This document shows positions 15,001-28,600 of a stretch of 64,000 bases of DNA, piece by piece. The translations under genes were made by a program, and so were the position numbers. The stretch lies in assembly GCA_040954595.2 (NCBI GenBank), contig CM082584.2, positions 10,568,552-10,632,551 on the forward strand, read 5' to 3'. Origin of the DNA: Balanoglossus misakiensis. Taxonomy: Eukaryota > Animalia > Hemichordata. Numbering within the stretch: the first letter of the stretch is position 1; each line of letters begins with the position of its first letter. The notes beneath the pieces are model-generated. The model saw only the letters and a list, made by a program, of their open reading frames with translations, made no database searches and had not been told where the DNA came from.

Positions 15001-16592
15001 GAATTTTGAAAATTTGGTCATTTTTTGAAAAAACCATGGGTTATAGCTCAGGAAAATGTTGAAAAATCGACGATTTTTCGACTTTGCGAATTTTGAAAAT
15101 TTGGTCATTTTTTGAAAAAACCATGGGTTATAGCTCAGGAAAATGTTGAAAAATCGACGATTTTTCGACTTTGCGAATTTTGAAAATTTGGTCATTTTTT
15201 GAAAAAACCATGGGTTATAGCTCAGGAAAATGTTGAAAAATCGACGATTTTTCGACTTTGCGAATTTTGAAAATTTGGTCATTTTTTGAAAAAACCATGG
15301 GTTATAGCTCAGGAAAATGTTGAAAAATCGACGATTTTTCGACTTTGCGAATTTTGAAAATTTGGTCATTTTTTGAAAAAACCATGGGTTATAGCTCAGG
15401 AAAATGTTGAAAAATCGACGATTTTTCGACTTTGCGAATTTTGAAAATTTGGTCATTTTTTGAAAAAACCATGGGTTATAGCTCAGGAAAATGTTGAAAA
15501 ATCGACGATTTTTCGACTTTGCGAATTTTCAAAATTTGGTCATTTTTTGAAAAAACCATGGGTTATAGCTCAGGAAAATGTTGAAAAATCGACGATTTTT
15601 CGACTTTGCGAATTTTCAAAATTTGGTCATTTTTTAAAAAAACCATGGGTTATAGCTCAGGAAAATGTTGAAAAATCGACGATTTTTCGACTTTGCGAAT
15701 TTTGAAAATTTGGTCATTTTTTGAAAAAACCATGGGTTATAGCTCAGGAAAATGTTGAAAAATCGACGATTTTTCGACTGTGCGAATTTTCAAAATTTGG
15801 TCATTTTTTGAAAAAACCATGGGTTATAGCTCAGGAAAATGTTGAAAAATCGACGATTTTTCGACTGTGCGAATTTTCAAAATTTGGTCTTTTTTTGAAA
15901 AAACCATGGGTTATAGCTCAGGAAAATGTTGAAAAATCGACGATTTTTCGACTTTGCGAATTTTCAAAATTTGGTCATTTTTTGAAAAAACCATGGGTTA
16001 TAGCTCAGGAAAATGTTGAAAAATCGACGATTTTTCGACTTTGCGAATTTTCAAAATTTGGTCATTTTTTGAAAAAACCATGGGTTATAGCTCAGGAAAA
16101 TGCTGAAAAATCGACGATTTTTCGACTTTGCGAATTTTCAAAATTTGGTCATTTTTTGAAAAAACCATGGGTTATAGCTCAGGAAAATGCTGAAAAATCG
16201 ACGATTTTTCGACTTTGCGAATTTTCAAAATTTGGTCATTTTTTGAAAAAACCATGGGTTATAGCTCAGGAAAATGTTGAAAAATCGACGATTTTTCGAC
16301 TTTGCGAATTTTCAAAATTTGGTTATTTTTTGAAAAAACCATGGGTTATAGCTCAGGAAAATGTTGAAAAATCGACGATTTTTCGACTTTGCGAATTTTC
16401 AAAATTTGGTCATTTTTTGAAAAAACCATGGGTTATAGCTCAGGAAAATGTTGAAAAATCGACGATTTTTCGACTTTGCGAATTTTCAAAATTTGGTCAT
16501 TTTTTGAAAAAACCATGGGTTATAGCTCATGAAAACCTTCAAAAATCGACGATTTTTCGACTTTAAGAATTTGTCATTTTTTGACATTTTTC
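1..16592. repeat. Tandem satellite array, 87-bp monomer, ~190 copies; continues past the left edge of the window
   Basis: Consensus TTGGTCATTTTTTGAAAAAACCATGGGTTATAGCTCAGGAAAATGTTGAAAAATCGACGATTTTTCGACTTTGCGAATTTTGAAAAT repeated head-to-tail. The last unit degenerates from ~16530 to ~16592. Confidence 0.99.
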
Positions 16593-16660
16593 ATGTGTAA
16601 ATGTGCACTTAAAACATACACTACCAAATAACACACACAACAATTTTCAGCCCAATGTAA

Positions 16661-16677
16661 TTTATTGACAATTTATT
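16661..16677 (-). terminator. Tandem poly(A) signals, probable distal 3' end of Rab3 mRNA
   Basis: TTTATT at 16661-16666 and 16672-16677 (AATAAA on minus), followed on the minus strand by GU-rich TTGTTGTGTGTGT (16643-16631). No other gene seen between here and the Rab3 stop at 19645. Confidence 0.55.
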
Positions 16678-19644
16678 CTCAACTGGTACACAATATACAA
16701 AGAATTATACCATACAATGCCTTATACAGCCATCTTATTTTTATATCTAGATCTAGGGAGCCTGAAATCACACAGACATTGAATTATCGCCAAGTTAAAT
16801 AGTCACTTCTAGATTCTGGGCTGCTGTAATAATACCTGAAGCTAGTTTCTTGGTTTGTTTATTTCAATAGTTACAGAACTAAACTCAGATTGTTAAAACT
16901 AGTTTTCTTTAGAATATATTATTTGTCTATACATACAGAGAATTCTATGGTTCTATTGCTAAGTCACATGGATTCATATTGGCTCAGATATCATGAGAAA
17001 TATATCCTTTTGGAAAAATGCTAAGTCGGAACAGTTATTTCAGAGCTCTGGGTTCATCAAACCACATAAATACATCAAAGCTGCATGCATAAACAATGAC
17101 ATCAGAATGCTTAAAGGGCTCTTCGAAGGTGAAAGGGTGGAATGGCACCCGTACCCCCACCCCCGCCCAAACACTGGTGACTGAATATACAGTTTTTGAT
17201 TGCAGTCGCAATTTTGATTTCTGACCCATCGAAACACTGGATCTTTTTCTTCAGCATTCACCTACCTGTTGGCATCATTGTCCCTGCATTTGCAATCTAT
17301 GGTTTGGGTCTCTTCGGACAGAGAGCAGAGGCATATTATCAAACAGAAATGCACAAAGATCTATGCATGCACCATTGTTAGGCTCAGAGTCCCCCTACCC
17401 ACAAACATATCCTACGAGCAAAGAAACCAGTTAGTCACACCACAACTCTTCCCTCCCCCCCCTCCCCCCCCCCCCCCCCCCCCCACGATGTAACATACCA
17501 CACCCCATTTTTAGAATAAATAAAGACAAGCAACTGAATATGTTTGAGAGGGGAAAGCTAGTTGCTACATATTTAATTTTTTTTCCTAATCATTTTTATC
17601 ATGCAAGCATCATTGTCGAGGTTTGGGTATTGTCAAAATTATGTTGAATATGGTAGTATTTTTTGTTTTTGTTTTTTCTTACGTGCAAGTATATATAAAT
17701 ACAGGACCACGGGATCACCAGAAAATCACAACATCTTGGAATGGTAACTTTTTTGGAATGGGGAAAGCAAACAAAACACATGAGAAATTATTAATGAGTG
17801 ATTTGTTATGTAAGATAATTGATACACTGCTGATTGCTAAAAGCACATTTAAATACCATGATTTCATGAGAGCCAAAGATTCCTGCAAGCTTGGCTTCTT
17901 GCGTTGTTTTTTTTGTACAGGTCTGTGTTCATCCCGTGCTCAGAATGCATCATTTAAAATTCTGCCATCTCAATTACATCATTTACAGTTCTGCGAAATT
18001 AATTAACATGGAAAAATTCGTGAAATCACCAATCGTAAATTATGCATGTACATTTGCTTGACAATACTGAGGAGAATAAAACATCCTGATCATTCACCTT
18101 GTGGGTTTCTTAAACAAAAAATTCTGCCCATATAATGGATTCCTTCTATGTACCGGTAATCTTTTTATAAACACAAGAAATGATACATCAAGACCTCTTA
18201 AACCCCCCCCCCCCCTGAAACCCAATTCCAAATCAATGTGCCAGTTTTATTCTCCACATAATGCATACCGGTTTGCAAGATTTCTGGGCGCTTTCAGTTC
18301 AAATATTTTGAACAGACTGCAAAGTGGAAAGCAATTATACAGAATGGAATAGCACAGTCACAAAAAATTTATCCTTTTGAAATTATGTCATGAAAACAAC
18401 GTTCCTTGATTTGATGAGAACTCAAACCTTGAGTGGAAAGAAACTGCAGCAATTGTTGTTCTAAAATGATCTGAATCTATTTATGAAGCCATGCCCTCAA
18501 AGTGGCAAAAAATGCACATTCTGACAAACACCCTTCTCGGGACCCCCGGAGTCTGAATTGCAAATGAAATCTGGACTGAACTGACTCAACACAGTGACGT
18601 CAAACAGTCCTTCCCGGTTCTATTCTCTCTTTCCACCAATCACAGCAAACTATGCGTCCGCAGCGAATTCAGTAATTACAGTAGGAGCGGATGTATCCCC
18701 TCAAACACTCAGACAGACACAGACGCCCAGACAGACACACACACAAACCACTCAATTTAAATTCGGCATTTCATCTCAACTGACTAGCATTTTTGTATTT
18801 CTGCACGAATGCTACCTCAATGAGACAAATATTGCATCAGAATTACCTCTGTCTTCTTGCTTTTCAACCCCCCCCCCCCCCCCCCCCATATTAACACAGT
18901 CTATCCTTGCATATTGAACACTGAAAACAGTGGCTATTGTCCTTTGTATGGCTGAGCAAAAAATTTCATCTCCCAAAGGTCAGGGGCACTTAAGATCAAT
19001 GAACTTCTCTAATCCGTCATCCATTACAGAGAATTAGTGGCAGTTAAACAGGAAACGAGTCGTGTATTCTCTCTGTTTCCAGACGACAAAACGGACATTT
19101 TCGGTTCAAAACGGTGAAAGACCTGATTTCAACTTTTGGCAGATTCTCAGACAAATCATTGATCAGAACAAACCATTGCCGGTTTATTTGTATGTACAGC
19201 AAAAGAAACCTTCACCATTTATACCCCCCCCCCCCCAACAATTGACACAAGCTAGGAAACGTTGTTTTCATGATATTGCAAAACGTCCCAATCGTTGACT
19301 GCTGTATAATGTGTTTCACCAAAAAAGCGTGACAGTTTATAAACAGTTAACATTGCACCACTGATGATGAAACTTAGTCACGGTCCACCCCTATTTCACT
19401 GTCGCAATGGTACGACCCAGCTAACTCAAAACATGCAAGGATCATACCAAAGCGGGGGTAAAATAGGGGTGTTCCTGCACTGTAAGATGACAGTAAAAGA
19501 TAAAATGATACTGATCTTTTTTAAAGAGTATATTATCTCTACTTGAACTTTTTTTTTTACTTTCTCTCTTTTTTTTCTGTACCCTTCTTTTGTTGCCCAT
19601 CCTTTAAAACAAAGAACTTGATTGGTCATCTCTTCATCATGTGA

Positions 19645-22600
19645 TTAACAAGCACAGCCGCCACTGGATGGCTGAGGTTCCTGCGTGAGCCGTGTGCCTT
19701 TCTGGGAGTTGTTCACAATCGTTGGATCCGAATCCAGGCTTTCCGACATTTTGTCACAGATTATATCCACCAGGCGCTCGAAGGTCTGTTTGACGTTGAT
19801 GTTCTCCTTAGCACTTGTTTCAAAGAATTCCAGTCCTGGAAATCAAACAAAGGGGAGAGAGAAAAGAGGTTTTAGTGACTTAACTTCAAGGAGACTAACC
19901 ACCTTGAAAACAAGAGGAAAGCTTTTACCATATAAAGATTTGATCAACAACATCCTATGACATCAATGCTGTGTGGGTGTGTGCCCACACTTTATCTTTT
20001 TTTATGCATAGTATAGTTTCATTCCTTGACAATCAATCAAATCATCAGGGAGGAGAGCTCAACAGACTTCCTGATCTATTCTTAAAGCTGGAGGCAACCA
20101 AAATTTGTTATTGCTGCTATTATTGGAAGCCCATTTTAATAGTAATGACATGCAAATGAATGCCAATAAATTTAGCAAATTCAATGATGACCCAGATTGC
20201 AGATGCTGGCATGTGCAAAATACGGCTGCCATGCCAGTACATGGTGGCTGCTGTCTGCATAATTCACAAACATTTTCCTGTGATAGATGGTTTGGATGAA
20301 GGAGCTTATTCATTCTGACACCTAATTCAACACAGATGGTAGTTTCTATAGCAGTCAATGATTTTTCACGAGAACAATGGCAAGTCCAAAAATCTGTCTT
20401 GATTTACCTGATGAGGTGACAGCCAGTTTTATGGATGAAAGCAATGACGGACATGCTTGAATGACATATCGCATCAATTCAGCTCATATGTGGGTGTCAT
20501 GTGGGATTATACTCCTGACTAAATGAATTTATCATATATGACTTGAGATAATAAATTTATTATAACACAGATGACAACCACTGTCCCCCATACGGAATAG
20601 CTTGAAATATGTTGACACATGACAGGATTTTACTAACTACACTACGCATGTGATAAGCAGGCGATATTATCACAACTGAAGAAACTTAAACGGAGATGCG
20701 CATTTGCAAAACGTTCATTTTCTGTGCTATAGCGAAAATAAGCTATCCTCAGCAAAATATTAAAGTGCGGCATATAATCATGTACGAGCCAGATGAAAAT
20801 CTATGCAACGCCTCCAGGCAAATATCACTTAATTTACAGACAGTGATGTTCTGTTACACAACACCTGATTTTTGGCCCCCAAAAACATTGATATCTCTTC
20901 GCTGATATACAACGGCTAATGGAAAGCCCATTAATCTATCCACTGGCTACATTCATGTCATATTAATTGAATATTGTTACCCATCATACCTTGGGAAGTG
21001 TAAGTGACTGTACAGCCCTGATAAAGAGCTAACACAGAAAATGTACTTATATGCAAACCGTAAATTCAAAAGGCAGTGAAAACTGTCAACACCCACAGCA
21101 TGTGGTCACCTCTCCCGTTCACCTTTGAAGATTGATGCATAATGTAAATGTTATATTACATGTGCATACAACCTCTGCTTCAGCAGCGATCAGAGACACC
21201 AGAAACTACCACGTACCTAGCTGGTCAGCAAGCTGTTTACCACGTTCTGTGGCCACGACTCGTTCATCCTCCATGTCGCATTTATTACCTACAAGAATGA
21301 CCTGGGCATTGTCCCATGAATACGTCTTGATTTGAGTAGACCTGGAAGAAAATGAAAAAGAGGAAATAACTATTAGTTTCAAAACATCAAGTGCAATTTT
21401 CGAGTAGAAAGAACTGTTCAGAATTCAACAAACGTAGAGATAGTCTAAGCTGACTGCATAAATAATTAATTGAAAGGTTACTAGTCACAAGGTCAACCTA
21501 GTGTCATCCAAGCTGTCATCTTGCAAATTTTACAAAAAATGTCATTAGTTGTCAGATAAATATGCAGATTCTCGAAGTAAGTATACACCAGTCCATCAAT
21601 GCAGTGAATGACTTCCTACTGTATCTTGTTCCCAATACCTTTAATGGAAACATTTTTCTTCAAACAGAGTATCACAAATTAAAACCACCAACGGGTTTTT
21701 TTTCCTCCTGAAAGCATTTTTCAATAAGCCTACCAAAGAAATCAATATTTTGCAGCAAAAACTTGTGTAAACTCAACTGAACAATCATCGATCACAATCA
21801 TTAATAGCCAGCCACACTTATGATGGCAAATTTAACAGAAATGAAATCAGCGAGAGTAAACTATAAGAGTACAGTGACACTGTGTTTCTTCGTGAACTGA
21901 AATCCTCTAACAATCATGACGCTTGAAAATTCTGCGTCAGATTGAGGACTGCTACACGCATCTTTGCGTCAGTTTGTCAGTTTGACATCTTCACATGTAA
22001 TGTGAACACGTTCCTTACGTCACAAGATAATTTTTATACGTCAGTGGTGTGTCATTGTGACTCGGAAGTTAGAGTCGGTGTACTGCGTATATGACATGTG
22101 TGTGCACGTGATGTGTGTGAGTTTGCCATAGTATGCAAACACAAACAGTCATAATCATTTATACAGTTTTCACTATTGACTGACTGCAAATGGAGAAAAC
22201 ACTTTCTTGTTTCAGATAAATGGATACTGCTCATTGAATACCTCAACATGAAATGTATGACTGTTTCAAGAAGAAAGCAATTAGAATCCTGCTTGAATTG
22301 AGCAAATTTGAATTCAAAATCAATACCACCCCTTGATTATCAAGCTCATTAATTCTGCTAATTGAATGCATAACAATATCTCGATCAATAGTTTCCACAA
22401 CGTATCGAGAAGCTGATTCAGAAATCAACCACAAGTGACAAGCGAAAACGTTTTCCTAATGAATATTCTTCTCAGCAGAAATAAAAAAATACAACATGTT
22501 CAATATTTGTATTCTTACTTCTGTAAACACAGAACCAGCTGCTCCTCAACTAGGTGACGGCAGAATCAGGTGTGATTTCTAAGCAGCAATTTCATAACCG

Positions 22601-25600
22601 CCATGCAGATACTTTATTAGATTAAATCTCACGTTGCCATGGAAATTCTCATATTCTTGAGTTGACGCAACACATCTGTTTATCATCCACCCAGATTGAA
22701 CATGGCCAGTAAATGTGATTCTGCGATACAGTGAATGTTTTGCTTTTTTCATGTGAAGTACAAATCTGACGGCAGAGTCAAAGTCAAGCAAAAAAGTCTT
22801 AGTTCAGGCTTTTCATGAACTACCGAGTAAAACACAATTCTGGGTTCGATAACTGAGGAAAAAGCTGTACACGCTTAGTGTTCAAATGACACTCACATAG
22901 ACATTTTTTTTATTATTTTGAAGGACCTCAGATGTCATTCACTGAATTGGTTACATCATCAATGTATAAAATTTCCGTCTTGCCCAAGTCAATTTTCATT
23001 ATTTTTTAATGACAGGACAAACGAACCTGTTATTTCATAAGCCATAATGAATGGTTGCCATGGATATTAGTTTTTGCGGGGCAAAATCTTGAATAGGTTC
23101 CATATATTAATCAGTACTTTTCAGAAAGCTCTACCCCTAGGGTGAATTCTCCAGACTATACCATAGTCTTTGAGGGCTTCTGGATTGACATTTCCAGAAC
23201 AATACCAAATTACTTTCTGAATGATTCAAATTTCTCTACCATGACGTCAAGATTTCCCGAGCTGTGGTCTCTGTGCCCGTGGCTTAAGATGCGCACAGCT
23301 GATCAATGCTCTCCAGACTGACTAAACTTGTTATCCAATCAGAATTGAACTTTGCAGTCACATGACCAGAGAACACTGGCCAATCACATTTGCACCGTGA
23401 AGTCACATGACCAGAGCCCTCACCAATCACACCTAAACTATGCCGTCACATGGCCAACTACTCACCAGTCTTGTACAGCTTGGAAAGATTCTTCATTCGT
23501 CACATCGTACATGAGAATAAAACCCATCGCTCCCCTGTAATATGCTGTCGTTATGGTGCGGTATCTTTCTTGTCCAGCGGTGTCCTGAGGTAAAAAAAAA
23601 AAGAAACCCTGAATAAGACGAATGTCTTCCAACACTTAGATACACTCCCAAAACTATATTAATACATGTATCTCATGAAAGCACATGCCAATAAGTAACA
23701 GATCTAAGTAATGGAGTTGGAAGGTTAAATCGTCTGACAGATGCATTGTGGTGGTAACTGTATCCTGAATACCATCAAATTTAGTGGTTGATTTCTTAAT
23801 TACATTTGAATATACTGATGATAGCAAAGGGGTACAGTTGCAATTCACCCAGTCAAGTCATTGATGATCTGTTTAGAAAGAGACAACCATCACCATGCCG
23901 ACTTCAGTTCAGAGATTTAATAAATAAACCATTTTGATGCATTGCCATGGTTTATACAGTATTCCTAAACTCCAGCAACCCTACATGTTATCATAATCTT
24001 CCTGCTTTTCCACTAAGGCCAAACAGAAATGATGAAATTCTGATTCAATTATGCAAAACATCGGGGTGAACCGTTACTGCATGAATACTGGGGGCCATCC
24101 AGGTAAATTGCATCCATGGACCAAGGATTATTGAGCAGCGATCGCACACAGGCTGAATATATAGCGAAAAGACATGCGAGATGGATTATCCTTCGACATG
24201 ATCCAGTGACACTGTGTCTCCTCTCATACATACAAGGCAGCTTTATGAGCAGACATAAGGCTGACCCTAATTTGACTCCCTACCTTACGAAATAACTTCT
24301 CAAACCAGGATGTGTGATTAGCAATGTGATGTTTTCAAATTGCCTTGTGAAAGTGGGGAGGGCCGCTGAAGGTTTAGCTATTGCCTGTATGTTAACGAAC
24401 TTACCAATGACAGAAAATAATATAAACACAAAGTTTTTTCTCATGACGCCAGCTTCATAGTCGGTGAAAAATATCATCAACATATACTCTGTGTGTGGTC
24501 ATGTCTTTTTGCCAGCTATTACGCCTGATATTTAAAAAAACAGAATCTTATCTGCCCTTCTGAACACAAGCTTCAAAAATTCAAAACATGGACCTTGGGT
24601 GGTTACAGATTTCGCCAATAACTTGGCAAGTGTCCTCTGATCCCACTGCAAAGCCGATTTACATTTACTGGTATGCCGTAAACACTCCATCACAGTCACA
24701 TCTCCAAGATGCCAGCCAATTCACTCCCACCGTTTCAGTCCCACCATCAGTTTTAATTCAATCCGTTTTCCACTTGACATTTCATCGAAGTGGCCGCTGC
24801 CAAACTCTCAACAACGCGCCGTCGCAGATACATGTATATCACCAAGCCACGCGAAACAACCTATCACTCGCGCATCACGTTAAGTGCAGTAAAGTTTATT
24901 AGTTTCATTCTCCAAAAAAACGGGCGGCAAACGCCCGCCGATATCGCCAACAAAGTGAGAGTGAGTGATTCAACAAAGTGTTTCTGTCTGGAGATTCGGC
25001 GACAGCATTAAGATGTTCGAGCAGTAAAGGCAAATGCCATTTTGATAGCTTTATCTAATCTTTGAGGCTTTTACAGTATATTCCCGCGTTTATACGCCAT
25101 GCACGATGCACTCTTGTGATTTACAAGAGTCACAAGCTGCATGTCATTTAATACCAGACCTGCAAAGTTATTTTTTTTAATATTTGACTACCAGTACTGC
25201 TATTGAAACAAACAGTCTGCTTAAAATCCACATACTCTGATGAACTGACATTCAACCTATGATATTATCTTGTCTCGACGGAACAAAAACAACTACATGC
25301 AATGACGGTGCACTGAGGACAAACCAGCAAAACACCTGACCAGTCAATACACTTGCAGAATTCAAGCCTCCAAGAAACAGCTGACTGTTTCCCAAGGTAG
25401 CTTCGGAAAGGAAAGGGTTATCAGAGGACAACGTACTGATACAATATCACGCACGTACTGATAACAACATTATTATTGAGAACCATCAAGAAACTCCACT
25501 TCAAAACACAGCTGCAATAAAATAGAACTGGCAGCATCACATGTTGTTTACAAGAATTCACACATGCCCTTTAGCAGCCAAATAATATTGCAGTGTACAG

Positions 25601-28600
25601 TTCAACTTCATTTCAGTCTGGTCATCAATTTTTGTTAACTTTTCAACCTCAAAATGCGTGAAACACAAGTTTTTTTTAATTAATATCCAGCTGGGCCCAT
25701 TAACCATCTGCGATTTTATTTAAAATACAAGTACCATATTTTTTTATATTCATATGTATTATGTACAATGGTATGAGCCATGTTATTTTTTTTGGCATGA
25801 TGGTCACAGACACAAAGCTGACCATATTTCGTTGTTAACACTGCATGGACACCATCAGGCGTCAACAAGGGATGCATTGAGCTAAATATGGAACACCACA
25901 CACTGCACAAGGATCCATTTAGAACTGCAATTGCAATTTAATGTACATGTGCGTTTGATCCATTCACGTAAGACTTTTGATACCTTGGTGCAAACGGTCC
26001 TGCTAGCCTTTTGTGTCATGTCACGGCTGATTGGAGATCAATGAAAGAGGTTTGCATCTCAGGCTCGGCCTTTGTGGCCAGAACATTCTTTGGACCTGTG
26101 GTTATTGAGAAAGGTACATCTCAAAACTGGTTCAGTCAAACGAACAGAATTCTGGAAGTTAAAATATTGCTGTGTCATCATAATCCATACGTGATTGCGA
26201 ATAAGCACATGACAAAACATTTAGGTTTTCAATTTTGGAAGTTGCTGGTCAGTCTCTGTACAACTCTGGCAATAAAACCAGCAAGGTCGTCCAGAGACTT
26301 CCATCTGTACAGGACAGAAAGACCCAGACTTATCACCAAAGTGTAAACAGCCACGATATTGGAATTAGACTGGCACCGACTATGAAACCCAACTGGCGTC
26401 GGAAATTTTAACATTCTCTCACTATCTCATATGTGGGCTATAAATTCTTAAGTGGCCTCTCCAAAGCTGAGCACATGCATATTGCATTCATACATGGCCA
26501 TAAATCTCTTTTAAAAGGCCACAGTATGTTTTGATCATGCGCTGTTTTTCTCTCTTCGTAATATGTAGATGGGCTTCCCATCAATATCCCAGCACGAAAC
26601 AGATAACAATTAATTGAAATCAAGATTTTAATCAGCTAATCAAATATTACGACATAAATTAGATTTACCCACAGCTGAAATTTAATTCCTGAAGATGTTG
26701 GGGAAATGATTGACGCTACAAAGCTCGTATTAATTTTTTACTGATTTGTTGGGGTTGCAAGAGCAGCAATTATGAGCTGACATGGTGAGAATATCAGAGA
26801 AAACGACACAATATCTTGGCATTTTTTTGCCTCCTATGGCTTCTTGTGACCGAAAAATTTTCAAATGATCACATCAGGAACCGAAAATCAGAGAAGACAT
26901 TTAGAGACCCATGCATGGTTCCGGCCAGGAGGCTGTGGATTGCCACTGAGCAAAACACAACCAGGTCATAACTACAACTTCAGGTCAATGGATCTAGACA
27001 ACTTAATTACAGTGGAGAAAACAACACTACAAAAATAGCCCTGTTTACACAGATTTTCATCAGTGATTCCAATGCCATTTAGATTCATATGATGATAAAT
27101 ACTTGCCTTCTCCTTGGTTCCCATGGCGACAAGATGCCCCATGACGACAGGATGGATGACGACAGCTTGATAAGATGAACCCATCACCCTTTTTTAATGC
27201 ATCTCATTAAAACCTTTCCCCTCCTTTCAAGAGCCTTTTCTACGGCTGCAACATTAAGCATCAAGGTTGATTGATAATGTCTTTACAAGAAAGCCACAGG
27301 GTCTCAATTTAAGTTCAGAAATGCATGGAACACAATATCAGTCCTCACATCAGTGATGATTTCTAGGCGAATCGAGATGTTTTATCAACAAGATATCATT
27401 CCGAGCAGCTGAATTTGTAAATTTTCTCTGACTGTTTGCAAACTACAATCATGTATATGCAAATTTTGATGGTTCAATGAGGAAAACCAGGACTATGCCT
27501 CTTTCTTGATTTTCGACATTGATTTCATTATTGATTAGTACTTGCATGAATGGTTTTGCTCTAAAGTAATACCTGCTGGCTGTGCTCTGTGTGTTCAACA
27601 TTTGCATCTGTCAAATGCAGTGATAACAAATATTGAATACTGTAATTATTTTTACTGTAGTATAAAACTGGTGCCAGCATATCTGTTAGAATTCAGGTGA
27701 GACAGACATCCATCTCGAGTTACTGAGTATTAACCACCGTGATAAATGCAAATATCCTCTTCAAAAAAGGGTAACTCAACATCTCACCTGTTCAAATTTG
27801 ATTTTTAGGAAGGTGGGTGTGGGGTGGGGGGAATACCCTCGGGAAGGAATTCCCTTTATCATATAGTATAGCGTGCGATTGAAAATCACTGCCTAGAAAG
27901 ACCAATTCACACCAAAAAAAATCAGTCTAACTTTCATGACAGTCTAGTAGTGGCTTATTTAATATTAATACCACCCCTTCGTCTAATTTCCCTAATAATT
28001 TAATCACAGCGGTGTATTTCAACGGGAAAAAAATTATCCCATTTGCAAACTGGGAAGGCAGGCACAAAATCAGCTTTTCACAGTTATTGCTCCGACATGC
28101 TTTCAAACAGTTTTGTGATATCACAGTCAGTGTTCTCGTTCAGGAAAATCACCTGCCCGGGCCTCAGTCACTCCTATTAGTGCAGTTAATGCAATTATGG
28201 CAATCAGAAAAAAGCTGGATTGTGTATCCTTGGTTTAGATTTGATGGACTGAGGTGGAATATGTCAAAGAGAGGCTGGCCAATGCAGGGTTGGGAACGTT
28301 GGGAATCGTTGAAGCGTATGATTCCGTACGTGTAACGCATTTGGATATTGACAATACCAAATTTCTACTATGGTGTCACCTGTATTAAAACGTTTCACCC
28401 AGACAATGTTGAAAGTAACAATGAATATTTCAGAATGATTACTAATTCAATAGTCTATAGATGGGAAAAAGTTACCCCTCAAGTACAAAGTACCTGCCTT
28501 TACAAATACAGTTTTGTGTCGAATACATAACAATTTTAAATCCTCAGTTAAACAAGCGGGAATTAATTGAAGCATTTTTACAGGCCTGACACGGAAGTGC

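Noticed and set aside
204-16566. Repetitive ORFs (MTKFSKFAKSKNRRFF... on minus, MKKPWVIAQENVEK... on plus), up to 720 aa
   Set aside because: 87 bp equals 29 codons, so a stop-free frame repeats automatically. The G/C variant just moves the TGA from one strand to the other, and homopolymer indels break frames at random.
1-16592. CRISPR-like array
   Set aside because: No unique spacers, no cas genes, and the context is eukaryotic.
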